Shown here one piece after another: positions 9,909 through 19,621 of a DNA stretch of 64,000 nt (its first letter is position 1; every line of letters starts with the position of its first letter). The notes under the pieces are model-generated. The model saw only the letters and a program-made list of their open reading frames with translations, did not search any database and was not told where the DNA came from. Origin of the DNA: Methanobacteriota archaeon (GTDB lineage: Archaea > Thermoplasmatota > Thermoplasmata > UBA10834); assembly GCA_020347565.1 (NCBI GenBank), contig CP070732.1, positions 243,582 to 307,581 of the forward strand, read 5' to 3'. The position numbers and the translations under genes were made by a program.

Positions 9909-10961
9909 ATGTGGAACTTCCTGCCAAACGAAAAGCTCGTGATCGCGTCGCTCGTCGAGGATGCGACGAGGACGGATGCGCAGATCGCCGAACTCAACGG
10001 GATGAAAGCGGGCACGGTTGCGACGGTCAGGCGTCGGCTCATGGATGCAGGGGCGGTGTTCTATGTGAACGTTCCTGCTTTCAACAGACTCGGATGCGAG
10101 ATGATGGCCTGTCACCTGGGAACCATGGACCCCGCTCAGAGTTTCGAGTCAAAGACTTCGGACTACATGGAGTTCGTCAAGTCCTCGCCGCAGATATTCG
10201 ACGCCATCATAGGAGCGAAGTCTATCGCCTTCTACAGCGTCCTCCGCAACGCCACCGAACTGGAAAATCTCAAGGCTCATCACAGCCGCTTCTTCTCAGG
10301 CGACAGGAAGCGTTCGATGGCGCGGATATCCTCGATATCCTTCCCCTATTCCGTCTCCAAAGGCACGTACGCCCTGAACTACGCCCCGACGGTCCGCAGG
10401 TTCTTCCGACTCGACAGCCCTTGCGGGGCCGTGTGTGAGCCCACATCCGTCGAGGTCACCTCCCCCGATCTAACGGAGAACGAGAAGAAGGTGCTCACTG
10501 CCATCGTCGAGAACCCGGGCGAGCCGGACAGGGCGATAGCAGCGCGCGTGGGCATCTCCCGACAGTCTGTCACCAGGATTCGGAACAAGCTCGATGAGGA
10601 GGGGTACTTCAGGCTCGTGTGCGTCCCTAGACTGTACAGGTGGGGCTTCGAGATATTCTCCGTTGTACGCGTCTTCTTCTCGTCGGATTTCGCCTATAGC
10701 GACAGGGCGGATTCGCAGCCCAAGGAACCTGTCATGTACTCTTTCTTCTCTCTGATCAAGGCGGAAGAGGCCATCGCGAACCACATGATATGGTCGTTCC
10801 ATGACTATACCAAGGGCCTGGACGCAGGCCTCGCCTGGTACCACCGGGAGAACGCTTTCGAGGAGAACCCGATGATCACGCTGCTATCACTGGAGCACTG
10901 CCTAGAGCTGAGGACGCACGACTTCGCACCCGCGCTCAGACATGTGCTGGAACGCTGTTGA
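9909..10961 (+). CDS. transcriptional regulator with two tandem Lrp/AsnC-like modules (HTH + small domain, internally duplicated)
   Basis: Two homologous segments: NEKLVIASLVEDATRTDAQIAELNGMKAGTVATVRRRLMDAGAV... and NEKKVLTAIVENPGEPDRAIAARVGISRQSVTRIRNKLDEEGYF.... Start taken at ATG 9909 (TATA tttttattg ~28 nt upstream) rather than the track TTG at 9801. Confidence 0.5.
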   Translation: MWNFLPNEKLVIASLVEDATRTDAQIAELNGMKAGTVATVRRRLMDAGAVFYVNVPAFNRLGCEMMACHLGTMDPAQSFESKTSDYMEFVKSSPQIFDAIIGAKSIAFYSVLRNATELENLKAHHSRFFSGDRKRSMARISSISFPYSVSKGTYALNYAPTVRRFFRLDSPCGAVCEPTSVEVTSPDLTENEKKVLTAIVENPGEPDRAIAARVGISRQSVTRIRNKLDEEGYFRLVCVPRLYRWGFEIFSVVRVFFSSDFAYSDRADSQPKEPVMYSFFSLIKAEEAIANHMIWSFHDYTKGLDAGLAWYHRENAFEENPMITLLSLEHCLELRTHDFAPALRHVLERC

Positions 10962-11023
10962 GGTCTCGACCGCCGCACTACAGAGCAATCGGTAAATAAG
11001 TCTCTGGTCCATACTCGTGGGCG

Positions 11024-11479
11024 GTGGTACGGACGGAAATCACAACCCAGATGACGGCCAAGTGGGTGAAGGCGGCCTTCCTGATACTCCTTGGTCTCAT
11101 CCTGCTCATATACTCTGACGGGCTGGTGGACGACCTTGAACGCAACACAGCCGAGGAGTTCAACGTGTCCTTCGAGTGGACATGGGAACTCGTGCGCATA
11201 CTGTTGTGGATCCTCGTGGCGTGGCTGTTCGTCGATGCTTTGCTGATAATCGCTCTGAGCTTCAAGGAGGACGCGTACACGTTGATGGACGTGATGACGA
11301 GGCTGAAGGCGATCGAGAGAAAGGTGACCCCCACAAGGGCCCCGGCGCCGCCCGCCCGCGTCTTGGTCGAGCCGCCTGCAGAGCCTGAGCCGGTCGTGAC
11401 CGAGCACCCCGCGGCAGCGGAGGAGCCGCCGGAACACCCGCAGCAGGACGACGAGGAGCCCCCACCGCCTCTGGAGTGA
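11024..11479 (+). CDS. hypothetical small membrane protein with acidic Pro-rich C-terminal tail
   Basis: Two predicted TM helices, then PAPPARVLVEPPAEPEPVVTEHPAAAEEPPEHPQQDDEEPPPPLE. GTG start at 11024 (first ATG 11051). TATA ggtaaataag is upstream. Confidence 0.4.
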   Translation: MVRTEITTQMTAKWVKAAFLILLGLILLIYSDGLVDDLERNTAEEFNVSFEWTWELVRILLWILVAWLFVDALLIIALSFKEDAYTLMDVMTRLKAIERKVTPTRAPAPPARVLVEPPAEPEPVVTEHPAAAEEPPEHPQQDDEEPPPPLE

Positions 11480-11488
11480 CGCCGCGGC

Positions 11489-13819
11489 CTATTCGTTCTT
11501 GCTCTTCTTGTCGGCGCGCTCACCCTTCTCCTGCCGCTTGGGGCAGTCCATGTTTATGCAGAGCACCCAAGGGGCCTTGCGCCGCGCCTGCCAGACCTTG
11601 ATTATCGGCGCCCCACAGGCGTCGCAGGCCTCTTCCGTGGGGACGATCCTGCCCCTTTGCGGCAACGGGTACATCCTCTTGCACTCCGGGTAGTTCGTGC
11701 ATCCGGCGAACCGTTTGGCCTTCCTGGACTGGATGGATATCATGTCGCCGCCGCAGTCCGGACACTTGCCGACAAGCCTCTGCTTCCTTGCGCCATCGCA
11801 TTTCGGGTCTATGCACAGGACGACGGGCGACTGTCCCTTCGAGACCGTCTTGATCTTCGGAGCCCCGCAGACCTCGCACGAGCCCTCGCCAGGGAGCACG
11901 AGCATGCCTCTCGGGAGCGGATACGCGTTCCTGCAGGCCGGGTAGCTGGAGCAACCGGCGAAGGTGTCTCCGCCCTTCCCTCGTATCTCGACGAGCTCCC
12001 CGGAGTCGCATTGGGGGCACTTCCCCAGGGACCGCTGCTTCTTCAGGGCCTTTCTGATGTCGTCGCCGATCTCCTTCTTATTGCGCTCAAGGACGTCTAT
12101 GATGTCGACGAGCATCGCCTGGCTCTCCTCGAGGACGTCCGGCTGCTCGCGCTCGCCCTTCGCGATCAGATCCATCTCGAGTTCGAGATGGGCGGTCATC
12201 TTCGCGTCCGTTATCTTGTACTCATCGTGGAGCCTCGCGTGGTCCTCGAGGGCCGATATGACGGCTATGCCGCTCTCCGTCGGCTCGATCCTCTGGCCCT
12301 TGACGAACCGCCTGTCGAAGAGCTTCTGCAGCGCCTCATGCCGGGTGCTCTTCGTGCCCAGGCCCATCTTCTCCATCTCCTGGATAAGCGTGCCCTGAGA
12401 GAACCTCGACGGCGGCTGCGTCTTCTTCTCCGCGGAGGTGATGCGGAGCACCTCGGCGGAATCGCCGGTCTTCATCTCGGGCAGGGAGACCTCGTTGACC
12501 CTGTAGTACGGATAGTACTTCCTCCATCCGGGCGACACTATCTCGTCTCCCTCGCTCACGAACGGCTCCTCGCCTATGTTGAGCTCCACACGCGTCTTCT
12601 TCGACCTGCACGCCGGGGCCAGAGTGGCGAGGAACCTCCTCGTGACGAGCTCGTAGACCGTCCATCTCCCGCCCTTCAGCTCGCTCTTCGTGGCGCCTTC
12701 GACCGGGTGGATGGGCGGGTGGTCTGTCGTGAACGATCTTCCCCTGGACGGCCTGAGCGTCTCCTGCGACAGCACCTCCTCTGCCTCCTCCGAGAGGTCG
12801 GACCGTCTGAGCTTCTCCAGGATGGCCTTGAGGCTCAGCGACGGAGGGTATACGGTGTTGTCGGTCCTCGGATACGATATGTATCCGTCCGTGTAGAGGC
12901 CCTCCGCGATCTTCATCGCCTGCGCCGCTGTGATCCCTCTCTTCGTAGCCTCCGCCAGGAATATGGTCGTGTTGAACGGGCATGGCGGGTACTCGACGCC
13001 CTCCTTAAGTTCGATGTCTCCGACCACGGCTTCCTTGGTGCGCCTCGCGCGCGACGCCGCCCCGCGCGCCTCCGTCTTCTCCTCGAACTTGCCGTGTGAG
13101 TGTGACGCCTTGAACTCCGATCCCCTCCGCAGGTCGGCGCCCACGACCCAGTACGGAATCGGCTTGAACTCTCTGATGCTCCTCTCCTTCGCAACTATCA
13201 GGGCAAGTGTCGGCGTCTGAACTCTGCCGACTGAGAGGAAGTCGTTGCCCATCTGCCCCGAGGCGAGCGACATGAACCGCGTGAGCGAGGCGCCCCACGC
13301 GAGGTCGATGTACTGCCTTGTCTCGGCCGCCGTCGCGAGCTTGTAGTCGACCTCGACGAGGTCTGCGAAAGCCCTCTCGACCTCGGCCTTAGTGAGGGCG
13401 CTGAACCTGGCCCTCTTCACCGGCAGCTTCGAGCCCGCATGCTCCAACGCCTCGACGCCTATCAGCTCGCCCTCGCGGTCGTAGTCCGTCGCCACGATGA
13501 CCTCGTCCGACTTGGCGACGGTCTCCCTGAGCGCTCTCATGATCTTCTTCGCTGAGGGGTCGACTCCCTTGACAGGTTCGGCCTCCACGAGCTCCCTCGG
13601 GGGCGTCTTCTCCCAATCGTTCAGCTCGTCGGGGTAGTCGAGTTCGACGATGTGGCCCCTGAGCCCGAGCACGCTATACTCGTCGGAATCCTTCGCGAAG
13701 CGGAGAACTGGCGTGCCGGCCACGCTCTGGGTCTTATAGGAGCCGTTCGAGAGGATCAGGGCGATCCTCCGCGCGGCATGGCTCTTCTCACAGACGATGA
13801 GCCGACGCATCTCTGGCAA
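11489..13819 (-). CDS. topA: DNA topoisomerase I (type IA, archaeal, with C-terminal zinc ribbons)
   Basis: Toprim N-terminus MRRLIVCEKSHAARRIA, topo IA core, and three C-terminal Zn ribbons (CPQCDSG..., CEVCGAP..., CPDCGGD...CDACGAP...). 776 aa. Confidence 0.9.
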   Translation of the reverse strand: MPEMRRLIVCEKSHAARRIALILSNGSYKTQSVAGTPVLRFAKDSDEYSVLGLRGHIVELDYPDELNDWEKTPPRELVEAEPVKGVDPSAKKIMRALRETVAKSDEVIVATDYDREGELIGVEALEHAGSKLPVKRARFSALTKAEVERAFADLVEVDYKLATAAETRQYIDLAWGASLTRFMSLASGQMGNDFLSVGRVQTPTLALIVAKERSIREFKPIPYWVVGADLRRGSEFKASHSHGKFEEKTEARGAASRARRTKEAVVGDIELKEGVEYPPCPFNTTIFLAEATKRGITAAQAMKIAEGLYTDGYISYPRTDNTVYPPSLSLKAILEKLRRSDLSEEAEEVLSQETLRPSRGRSFTTDHPPIHPVEGATKSELKGGRWTVYELVTRRFLATLAPACRSKKTRVELNIGEEPFVSEGDEIVSPGWRKYYPYYRVNEVSLPEMKTGDSAEVLRITSAEKKTQPPSRFSQGTLIQEMEKMGLGTKSTRHEALQKLFDRRFVKGQRIEPTESGIAVISALEDHARLHDEYKITDAKMTAHLELEMDLIAKGEREQPDVLEESQAMLVDIIDVLERNKKEIGDDIRKALKKQRSLGKCPQCDSGELVEIRGKGGDTFAGCSSYPACRNAYPLPRGMLVLPGEGSCEVCGAPKIKTVSKGQSPVVLCIDPKCDGARKQRLVGKCPDCGGDMISIQSRKAKRFAGCTNYPECKRMYPLPQRGRIVPTEEACDACGAPIIKVWQARRKAPWVLCINMDCPKRQEKGERADKKSKNE

Positions 13820-13880
13820 GATGATTGGGGGCTTATTTAACTGTGATGTACGGCAGGTGCTGCTCTCGGCTCACCCCAAA

Positions 13881-13901
13881 CGACGGGGCCCAGCCCCGTC
13901 G
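13881..13901 (-). terminator. perfect hairpin immediately 3' of purA
   Basis: cgacgggg-ccca-gccccgtcg. No strong T-tract follows, so function is uncertain. Confidence 0.25.
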
Positions 13902-13906
13902 TGACC

Positions 13907-15211
13907 TCACCATCGCTCCCTTCTCAGGTCGAGAAGCTCGCTTCGGCGGCGCCCGAGCCCCAGCAGGTGAACGGGCACTCCGATCTCCTTCTCCAGGAAT
14001 CCGACGTAGTACCTCATGCTCCTGGGCAGCCGAGCGAGCCCCCCGTTCAGGAAGTCCTCCAGCCTCGCGGGTTCCAGGTCGTCCCAGCCATCGAAGGACC
14101 TGTAGACCGGCACAACCCTCTCGAGCGTCCTCATGTCCGGCGGGAAGCTGCTCAGCCTCTTGCCATCAACCGTGTAGTGCGTGCACACCTTGACCTCGTC
14201 CAGTCCGCCGAGCACATCCACCTTTGTGAGCGCCAGCCCCGTGAAGCCGTTCAGCGAGTGGGAGTATCTCAGCACCGCGAGGTCGAGCCATCCGCATCGG
14301 CGCGTGCGCCCGGTTGTCGTGCCGAACTCCCCGCCCTTCTCGGCGATGCGCTCGCCGGTCTCGTCATGCAGCTCCGTCGGGAGCGGGCCCGCGCCCACGC
14401 GAGTCGTGTACGCCTTCACGACACCGATTATCGCGCCCATGGCCGTCGGTGGGATGCCTGCCCCTGCAGCGGCGTTGGCGCTGATGGTCGAGGACGAGGT
14501 CACGTACGGATAGGTGCCATGGTCTATGTCCAGCATCGTACCCTGCGCTCCCTCGAAGAGGACCTTCCTGCCCTTCGACAGCGCCTCAGATATCATCGAA
14601 CCCGTGTCGGTGATGAAAGGCTTGAGGGACCGCCCGTAGCCGGCGTAATCCTCGAATGCCTTTTTCCCGTCAACCCTTTGGTCGCTTCCTAACGCCTCAA
14701 GCATTTTGTTCTTCAGGGGCACGAGGAAGTCCATCCTGTTCCTCAGGAGCGGCTCATCGACGAGCTCGCCCATCCTAACGCCGAGCCGCGCGGCCTTGTC
14801 GGCGTATGCAGGGCCTATGCCCCTTCCGGTCGTGCCGACCTTCGCGCCCTCCCTGAGACGCTCCTCTGCGCCGTCGAGCAGCTTGTGGTATGGCATGATG
14901 ACATGTGCCCTGTCGCTTATCCTGAGGTTGTCTGCGCCCTTCCCCCTGGCCTGTATGTCCTCGATCTCTTTCAGAATCACCCCGGGGTCGATCACGACGC
15001 CGTTCCCTATGACCGCCAGCTTACCTGGTCGGAGTATGCCGGATGGCAGGTGGTGCAGCTTGAAGAGCTCCTCGCCGATCTTCACGCTGTGGCCGGCGTT
15101 GTTTCCGCCCTGAAACCTCACCACGACGTCGGCTTCGCCGGCGAGGTAGTCGACCACCTTCCCCTTCCCTTCGTCACCCCACTGCGTGCCAATTACGGCC
15201 AACGTCGGCAT
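13907..15211 (-). CDS. purA: adenylosuccinate synthetase
   Basis: MPTLAVIGTQWGDEGKGKVVD P-loop, GGNNAGH, TTGRGIGP motifs. 434 aa. Confidence 0.9.
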   Translation of the reverse strand: MPTLAVIGTQWGDEGKGKVVDYLAGEADVVVRFQGGNNAGHSVKIGEELFKLHHLPSGILRPGKLAVIGNGVVIDPGVILKEIEDIQARGKGADNLRISDRAHVIMPYHKLLDGAEERLREGAKVGTTGRGIGPAYADKAARLGVRMGELVDEPLLRNRMDFLVPLKNKMLEALGSDQRVDGKKAFEDYAGYGRSLKPFITDTGSMISEALSKGRKVLFEGAQGTMLDIDHGTYPYVTSSSTISANAAAGAGIPPTAMGAIIGVVKAYTTRVGAGPLPTELHDETGERIAEKGGEFGTTTGRTRRCGWLDLAVLRYSHSLNGFTGLALTKVDVLGGLDEVKVCTHYTVDGKRLSSFPPDMRTLERVVPVYRSFDGWDDLEPARLEDFLNGGLARLPRSMRYYVGFLEKEIGVPVHLLGLGRRRSELLDLRRERW

Positions 15212-15272
15212 GTTCTCGCCGGAGTCATTGCCAGATGCCGTAATAAAGGCTTCTCAGCTCAGCGCGTCCGGG

Positions 15273-16397
15273 TCAGGGTACGGACAGCTCGACGAAGAGC
15301 CTGAGCAGCTCTTCCGCCTCTAGGTCCGTCTTCACGCCCTTCGGAGCGAAATGCGTCGGGGAGGCGCATGCCCCGTGTGCCCTCAGCCCCTCCAACAGGC
15401 ACGACAGCCGAGGCGGCTGGCGTTTTGAGCGTTGCGCGAGCTCGTCGACATCGAAGAAGAGGCCGGGCGCGTCCACCTCCTGCCTCCAGAGGTCGACCAT
15501 CTTCTCGCAGCGTCGCCGCGTCCCCAGTCCCTCGGTCGGCGCGAGCGAATCGACGACGCCTCCCGAATGCAGCTCTCCCGTCCAGAGGGGGCCTGCGAAC
15601 TCCCGGGATGCCTCAGACACTTCCTCCGCGAAACCCCTCCGCAATGTCGCCTCGTCAGCGACGGCATAGCCGATCCTTTCCAGGGACTGGTCCGCCCTCC
15701 TCGCGCCGTTCCGCATCCTTATGTGGCACCTGTAGTAGTGGTCCGCGTGGAAGCAGAGCACCGGCTCGATGCCTCTGTCGTGCTTCGCCGCTTCCCTCGC
15801 GATGTACCCAATGAGTATTCGCAGTGCCGTCTCGTGCGAGAAAGCGCTCTTCATCGACCTCGCGCCGTACCTGCGCAGGCAGGTCTTGGGATACGTGCCC
15901 GCTAGGGGCGCTGTGTCCGTGGCCGTCACCGCCACGATCCCCCCGTTGCTGCAGCTCTGGACGGCCGCGTCGACGAAGCCTATCGGCGTGCCGAAGGGGT
16001 CGATGTCGATGTAGGCGTAGCGCGCTTCCGCGAGCAGCGCCCGCAGGTCCCTGCAGCAGGTCGTCACCTCGTCCGTCAGGCCGTTCAGCTCCGCATTCCT
16101 CAGCATGAGCTCGTGCGCCTCTGCAGAACGGTCGTTCAACGTGAACCGCGCCCCTGAACCGCACTCGTTGGCCATCCTCAGCCCCCGGACGCCTGAGGCG
16201 GCGAGTCCGTCGAGCGCGCGCGAGCCCTCCTCAAGGGCGACGCTGCCGAGCATGACGGAGACGTCCCGGCTGAACTCCATCTGCCTGTTGTAGAACACGT
16301 CACCGGAGGCCTTGCCCGGCCCCCGACCGCAGAAGCCTCGCGGCACCATCAGGTCGGTGGCGCCCTCGCGTATGCGGACGAGGTCCTTCGTACTCAC
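15273..16397 (-). CDS. trm1: tRNA (guanine26-N2)-dimethyltransferase Trm1
   Basis: FYNRQMEFSRDVSV motif and SAM-binding core (DGLAASGVRGLR); archaeal Trm1 length (374 aa). Overlaps the upstream NTPase gene by 4 nt. Confidence 0.8.
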   Translation of the reverse strand: MSTKDLVRIREGATDLMVPRGFCGRGPGKASGDVFYNRQMEFSRDVSVMLGSVALEEGSRALDGLAASGVRGLRMANECGSGARFTLNDRSAEAHELMLRNAELNGLTDEVTTCCRDLRALLAEARYAYIDIDPFGTPIGFVDAAVQSCSNGGIVAVTATDTAPLAGTYPKTCLRRYGARSMKSAFSHETALRILIGYIAREAAKHDRGIEPVLCFHADHYYRCHIRMRNGARRADQSLERIGYAVADEATLRRGFAEEVSEASREFAGPLWTGELHSGGVVDSLAPTEGLGTRRRCEKMVDLWRQEVDAPGLFFDVDELAQRSKRQPPRLSCLLEGLRAHGACASPTHFAPKGVKTDLEAEELLRLFVELSVP

Positions 16398-16942
16398 AGG
16401 TACTCGCCCTTCATGAGTTTCATTATCTTGTACGGCAAGAGGTTCCTGTTGATCGGGGTGACTTCGAGTATTCGCACGTCGTCCCTCCTGCGTATGTCCT
16501 GCAGCAGGGGGTTCCGGGACTTCTTGTGTAGCGTGAGTATCATCGGCTTGCTCACCTCCATCGCGTCCTTGACCGCCTTGACGAACCTGTCGGACTCCAC
16601 CTCCATCTTGCCGACCTCGTCTATGACGATCACGTCCGCATTGTTGCTGGCGTCCACCACCGCCTCCACGCCGACGGTGTCGAGCGACTCCAGGTTGACG
16701 CCGTACTTGCCGACATAGAACTTCGATTCGGTGTCTATGTGGGCGAACACGGCCTTCTTCCTCGTCCGCCAGTCCATGACGTAGAACCCGACCCTTTTGC
16801 CGTTCTCCACGATGGGCTCGGTGATCATCCCGCCAACTACCAGCCCCTCGTCCTCGAGCATCTCGATGACCTTGACTAGTGCCTGAGTCTTGCCGGCCCC
16901 AGGAAGCCCCGTTATGCCTACCTTTATCCCCCTCGCTATCAT
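16394..16942 (-). CDS. nucleoside-triphosphatase, THEP1/MJ1559 (COG1618) family
   Basis: Walker A GLPGAGKTQ near the N-terminus; ~180-aa standalone P-loop NTPase. Confidence 0.6.
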   Translation of the reverse strand: MIARGIKVGITGLPGAGKTQALVKVIEMLEDEGLVVGGMITEPIVENGKRVGFYVMDWRTRKKAVFAHIDTESKFYVGKYGVNLESLDTVGVEAVVDASNNADVIVIDEVGKMEVESDRFVKAVKDAMEVSKPMILTLHKKSRNPLLQDIRRRDDVRILEVTPINRNLLPYKIMKLMKGEYL

Positions 16943-17048
16943 CTCACCCCGCGGCCGAAGTGCTGGCTTCGGTATGGGTCTTCAAATATATGATGAATTG
17001 CATAAATCTACGGGCCCTCACCTGCATTCCCATGCCCGCATGCTGCTC

Positions 17049-17555
17049 TCAGACGGTTTCGATGCTCTTGATGAACATCAGGGGATAGCTCATGTCCTCC
17101 ACGAACTCCATACGTGCCTCGACCCTGCTGGTCTTGTACCGGACCACGAGATTGACGTCCAGCATCTCCCCGGTCAGCGAGACGTAATCGAACTCCCCGC
17201 GCTTGCTCTTGAGCCTTGCCCTATCGATCCGGACACGCACGCTCTCGACGAACGGCTGCACCTTGCACCCCTCCTCAATCGCCCGCTCGAGCGTCTGAGC
17301 GTTGTCCGCGCTCACTGGTATGCCTACGAACTGGTGGTATATGGTACCCATCTTGATCCCGGCCTCGAAGGCTGCGCGCTCGGAGTCGCTGCAGTCGAAA
17401 TGCCCGTTCGCCGTCTGCTCCCTCGAATCTCCCATGTGCAAGAACTCCTCGCCCTGCCCGACAGAATCCGAGCCAGGGCCTCGCGATGGCCGTACGTGAG
17501 GCCTCCGTATATAATGTTTGGCCGCCACGGCGGCGGCCGCGCTGGCGCCGGTCAC
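17049..17555 (-). CDS. hypothetical protein; C-terminal region resembles archaeal dihydroneopterin aldolase MptD (DUF381)
   Basis: GIKMGTIYHQFVGIPV ... SYPLMF recalls the MptD family. GTG start overlaps the acdB stop (GTGA); an alternative ATG at 17435 would remove the low-complexity N-terminal extension. Confidence 0.35.
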   Translation of the reverse strand: MTGASAAAAVAAKHYIRRPHVRPSRGPGSDSVGQGEEFLHMGDSREQTANGHFDCSDSERAAFEAGIKMGTIYHQFVGIPVSADNAQTLERAIEEGCKVQPFVESVRVRIDRARLKSKRGEFDYVSLTGEMLDVNLVVRYKTSRVEARMEFVEDMSYPLMFIKSIETV

Positions 17556-18232
17556 CTGAACAGCATCTTGGCGTCCACGACGACGACGCCTTTCTCCTTG
17601 ACGAAGACGGGGTTCAGGTCCATCTGGTCGAGGCTCTCCATGTACTTCACGCCGAGGTCGGACACCTGCAGCAGCAGGTCGAGCAGCGCATCCCTGTCGA
17701 CCTTGATCTTGCGGTAGCCCTCCAGTATCGGCGCCGCCTTGATCTCGGTCAGCATCTCCTCGGCGTCCCGCCTCTTGATCGGGACCACCCTGAAGGTAAC
17801 ATCCTTGTAGACTTCCGTGTAGATCCCGCCCAGGCCGAACATGATCGTCAGCCCGAACGTGGGGTCGTCTATCAGACCGATTATCACCTCCACTCTCCGG
17901 TCCTGCATCGACTCGACCAGTATGGGCTCGGTGACGAACTTCTTCCTAAGCCTGGCGAACTCCTCCTCGAACTGGTCCTTCTGCACATCCAGGACGACGC
18001 CGCCCACGTCCGTCTTGTGCAGTATGTCCGGCGAGCACACCTTCATGACAACCGGGAACTTCAGCTTCCCCTGGTCCACCTCGTCGTACGAGGTCACGAC
18101 CTGGAAGTCCGTGGTGGGTATGCCCGACTCCCTGAGCAGCATCTTGACCTCGTTCTCGGCGAGGGCTTTGCGCCCCTGCTTCAGAACAGAATCGACGATC
18201 ACGCCGCTCATCCCAGGCCTCTCCATCGCCAT
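17552..18232 (-). CDS. acdB: acetyl-CoA synthetase (ADP-forming) beta subunit
   Basis: ~226-aa ATP-grasp beta subunit. SPDILHKTDVGGVVL motif with the conserved His-beta region. Confidence 0.8.
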   Translation of the reverse strand: MAMERPGMSGVIVDSVLKQGRKALAENEVKMLLRESGIPTTDFQVVTSYDEVDQGKLKFPVVMKVCSPDILHKTDVGGVVLDVQKDQFEEEFARLRKKFVTEPILVESMQDRRVEVIIGLIDDPTFGLTIMFGLGGIYTEVYKDVTFRVVPIKRRDAEEMLTEIKAAPILEGYRKIKVDRDALLDLLLQVSDLGVKYMESLDQMDLNPVFVKEKGVVVVDAKMLFR

Positions 18233-18240
18233 CGACGCCC

Positions 18241-18828
18241 TTAATCCTTGTCCTTTCCCTGCATGGCCTCGGCGCCCAGGTCCCTGCCGGCGGCGAGGGC
18301 GTTCTTGTTCAGGTCGTAGGTCGCCTTTGGCACGATCTCCAGCATCGCCTTCTCAAGGGCCTCGTTGCTCACCATGTTGGAGATCTCCCTGAGGGCGCCG
18401 AGCATGACCACGTTCGCCACGACCCTCGTGCCCATCTCCTCGGCCGCCCTCGTCGCCCTTATGCGGTAGACGTGTCCCTGCGGCTTCTCAGGCACGAGGT
18501 CGGGATCGAGGAGGATCCTCGTCTCCGGCTTGACGTCGTTTATGTACTTGTCGTAGCCCTGCCTTGACATGACGACCAGGTAGTCCGGTATCTCGACGAA
18601 CGGGTAGTGCATCTCCTCGGCGGAGAGCTTGACGTCGCATTTGGAGTGCCCTCCCCTGGCAGATGGGCCGTAGGACTGCGTTTGTATGGCGCTCTTCCTC
18701 TTCACCTTGCCGTCCGGACCGACCGGCAGGTCGTGCAGGGCGGCGGCGCGTGCGAGGACGATGCCCATCAGGATCACGCCCTGCCCCCCGAAGCCGGTGA
18801 ACCTAATGCCCATCTCCGTGGGAACCAC
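18241..18828 (-). CDS. 2-oxoacid:ferredoxin oxidoreductase gamma subunit
   Basis: RFTGFGGQGVILMG ... conserved gamma-subunit motif; 195 aa. Confidence 0.8.
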   Translation of the reverse strand: MVPTEMGIRFTGFGGQGVILMGIVLARAAALHDLPVGPDGKVKRKSAIQTQSYGPSARGGHSKCDVKLSAEEMHYPFVEIPDYLVVMSRQGYDKYINDVKPETRILLDPDLVPEKPQGHVYRIRATRAAEEMGTRVVANVVMLGALREISNMVSNEALEKAMLEIVPKATYDLNKNALAAGRDLGAEAMQGKDKD

Positions 18829-19621
18829 CTCCCTTGCGCTCGTGGTAGCATTCGCGGTCCCTGCTCACGAACTCCCCTACCGTCACCTGGCCTGCCAGGT
18901 TCAGGTCCACGTGGTCTATCGCCGCCGCGCGCACCTTGTCCCGCCTGATCGAGCTCTCCTTGAACCAGTCGAGCAGCGCGGACGGGTCCGGCATCTTGTT
19001 CCGCCTTCCGAAATTAGTAGGGCACTGCGACACAACCTCCACGAAGTTGAAACCCTTCTTCGTGAGCGAAGTCCTCATCGACTTCGTCAGCTCGTGCACG
19101 TGCCTCGTCGTCCATCGGGCGACGTAGTTGGCCCCTGCCGCCACCGCGATCTCAGCGAGATCGAACGGGTACTCCTTGTTGCCCTGGGGCGTGGTCGTCG
19201 ACATGTAATCGTGGGGCGTCGTGATGGACGCCTGTCCGCCCGTCATGCCGTAGATGTTGTTGTTGATGCATATCACGTCGAGGTCGACGTTGCGCCTGCA
19301 GCCGTTGATGAAGTGGTTGCCTCCGATGGCGCCGAGGTCGCCGTCGCCGGTGAATACGACCACGTCTAGTTCCGGCCGGGACAGCTTCAGGCCGGTCGCG
19401 AACGCTATCGCCCTCCCGTGGGTCGTGTGTATCGCGTCGGAGTTGATGTAGAGCGGTATCCTGGAGGAGCAGCCTATGCCGCTGACGAAGACCGTGTTCT
19501 CCAGCTTCCACCCCACATCGTTGAAAGCTCTGAAGAAGCAGTTCATGATGGTGCCGTTTCCGCATCCGGGGCAGAACACGTGCGGCCAGTGGTCCTTCCT
19601 GTACAGGTCGAACAGCTCCAT
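18803..19621 (-). CDS. 2-oxoacid:ferredoxin oxidoreductase beta subunit (TPP-binding)
   Basis: CPGCGNG, GIGCSSR, TPP-binding GDGD...N motif; 272 aa (KorB-like size). Confidence 0.85.
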   Translation of the reverse strand: MELFDLYRKDHWPHVFCPGCGNGTIMNCFFRAFNDVGWKLENTVFVSGIGCSSRIPLYINSDAIHTTHGRAIAFATGLKLSRPELDVVVFTGDGDLGAIGGNHFINGCRRNVDLDVICINNNIYGMTGGQASITTPHDYMSTTTPQGNKEYPFDLAEIAVAAGANYVARWTTRHVHELTKSMRTSLTKKGFNFVEVVSQCPTNFGRRNKMPDPSALLDWFKESSIRRDKVRAAAIDHVDLNLAGQVTVGEFVSRDRECYHERKGGGSHGDGH

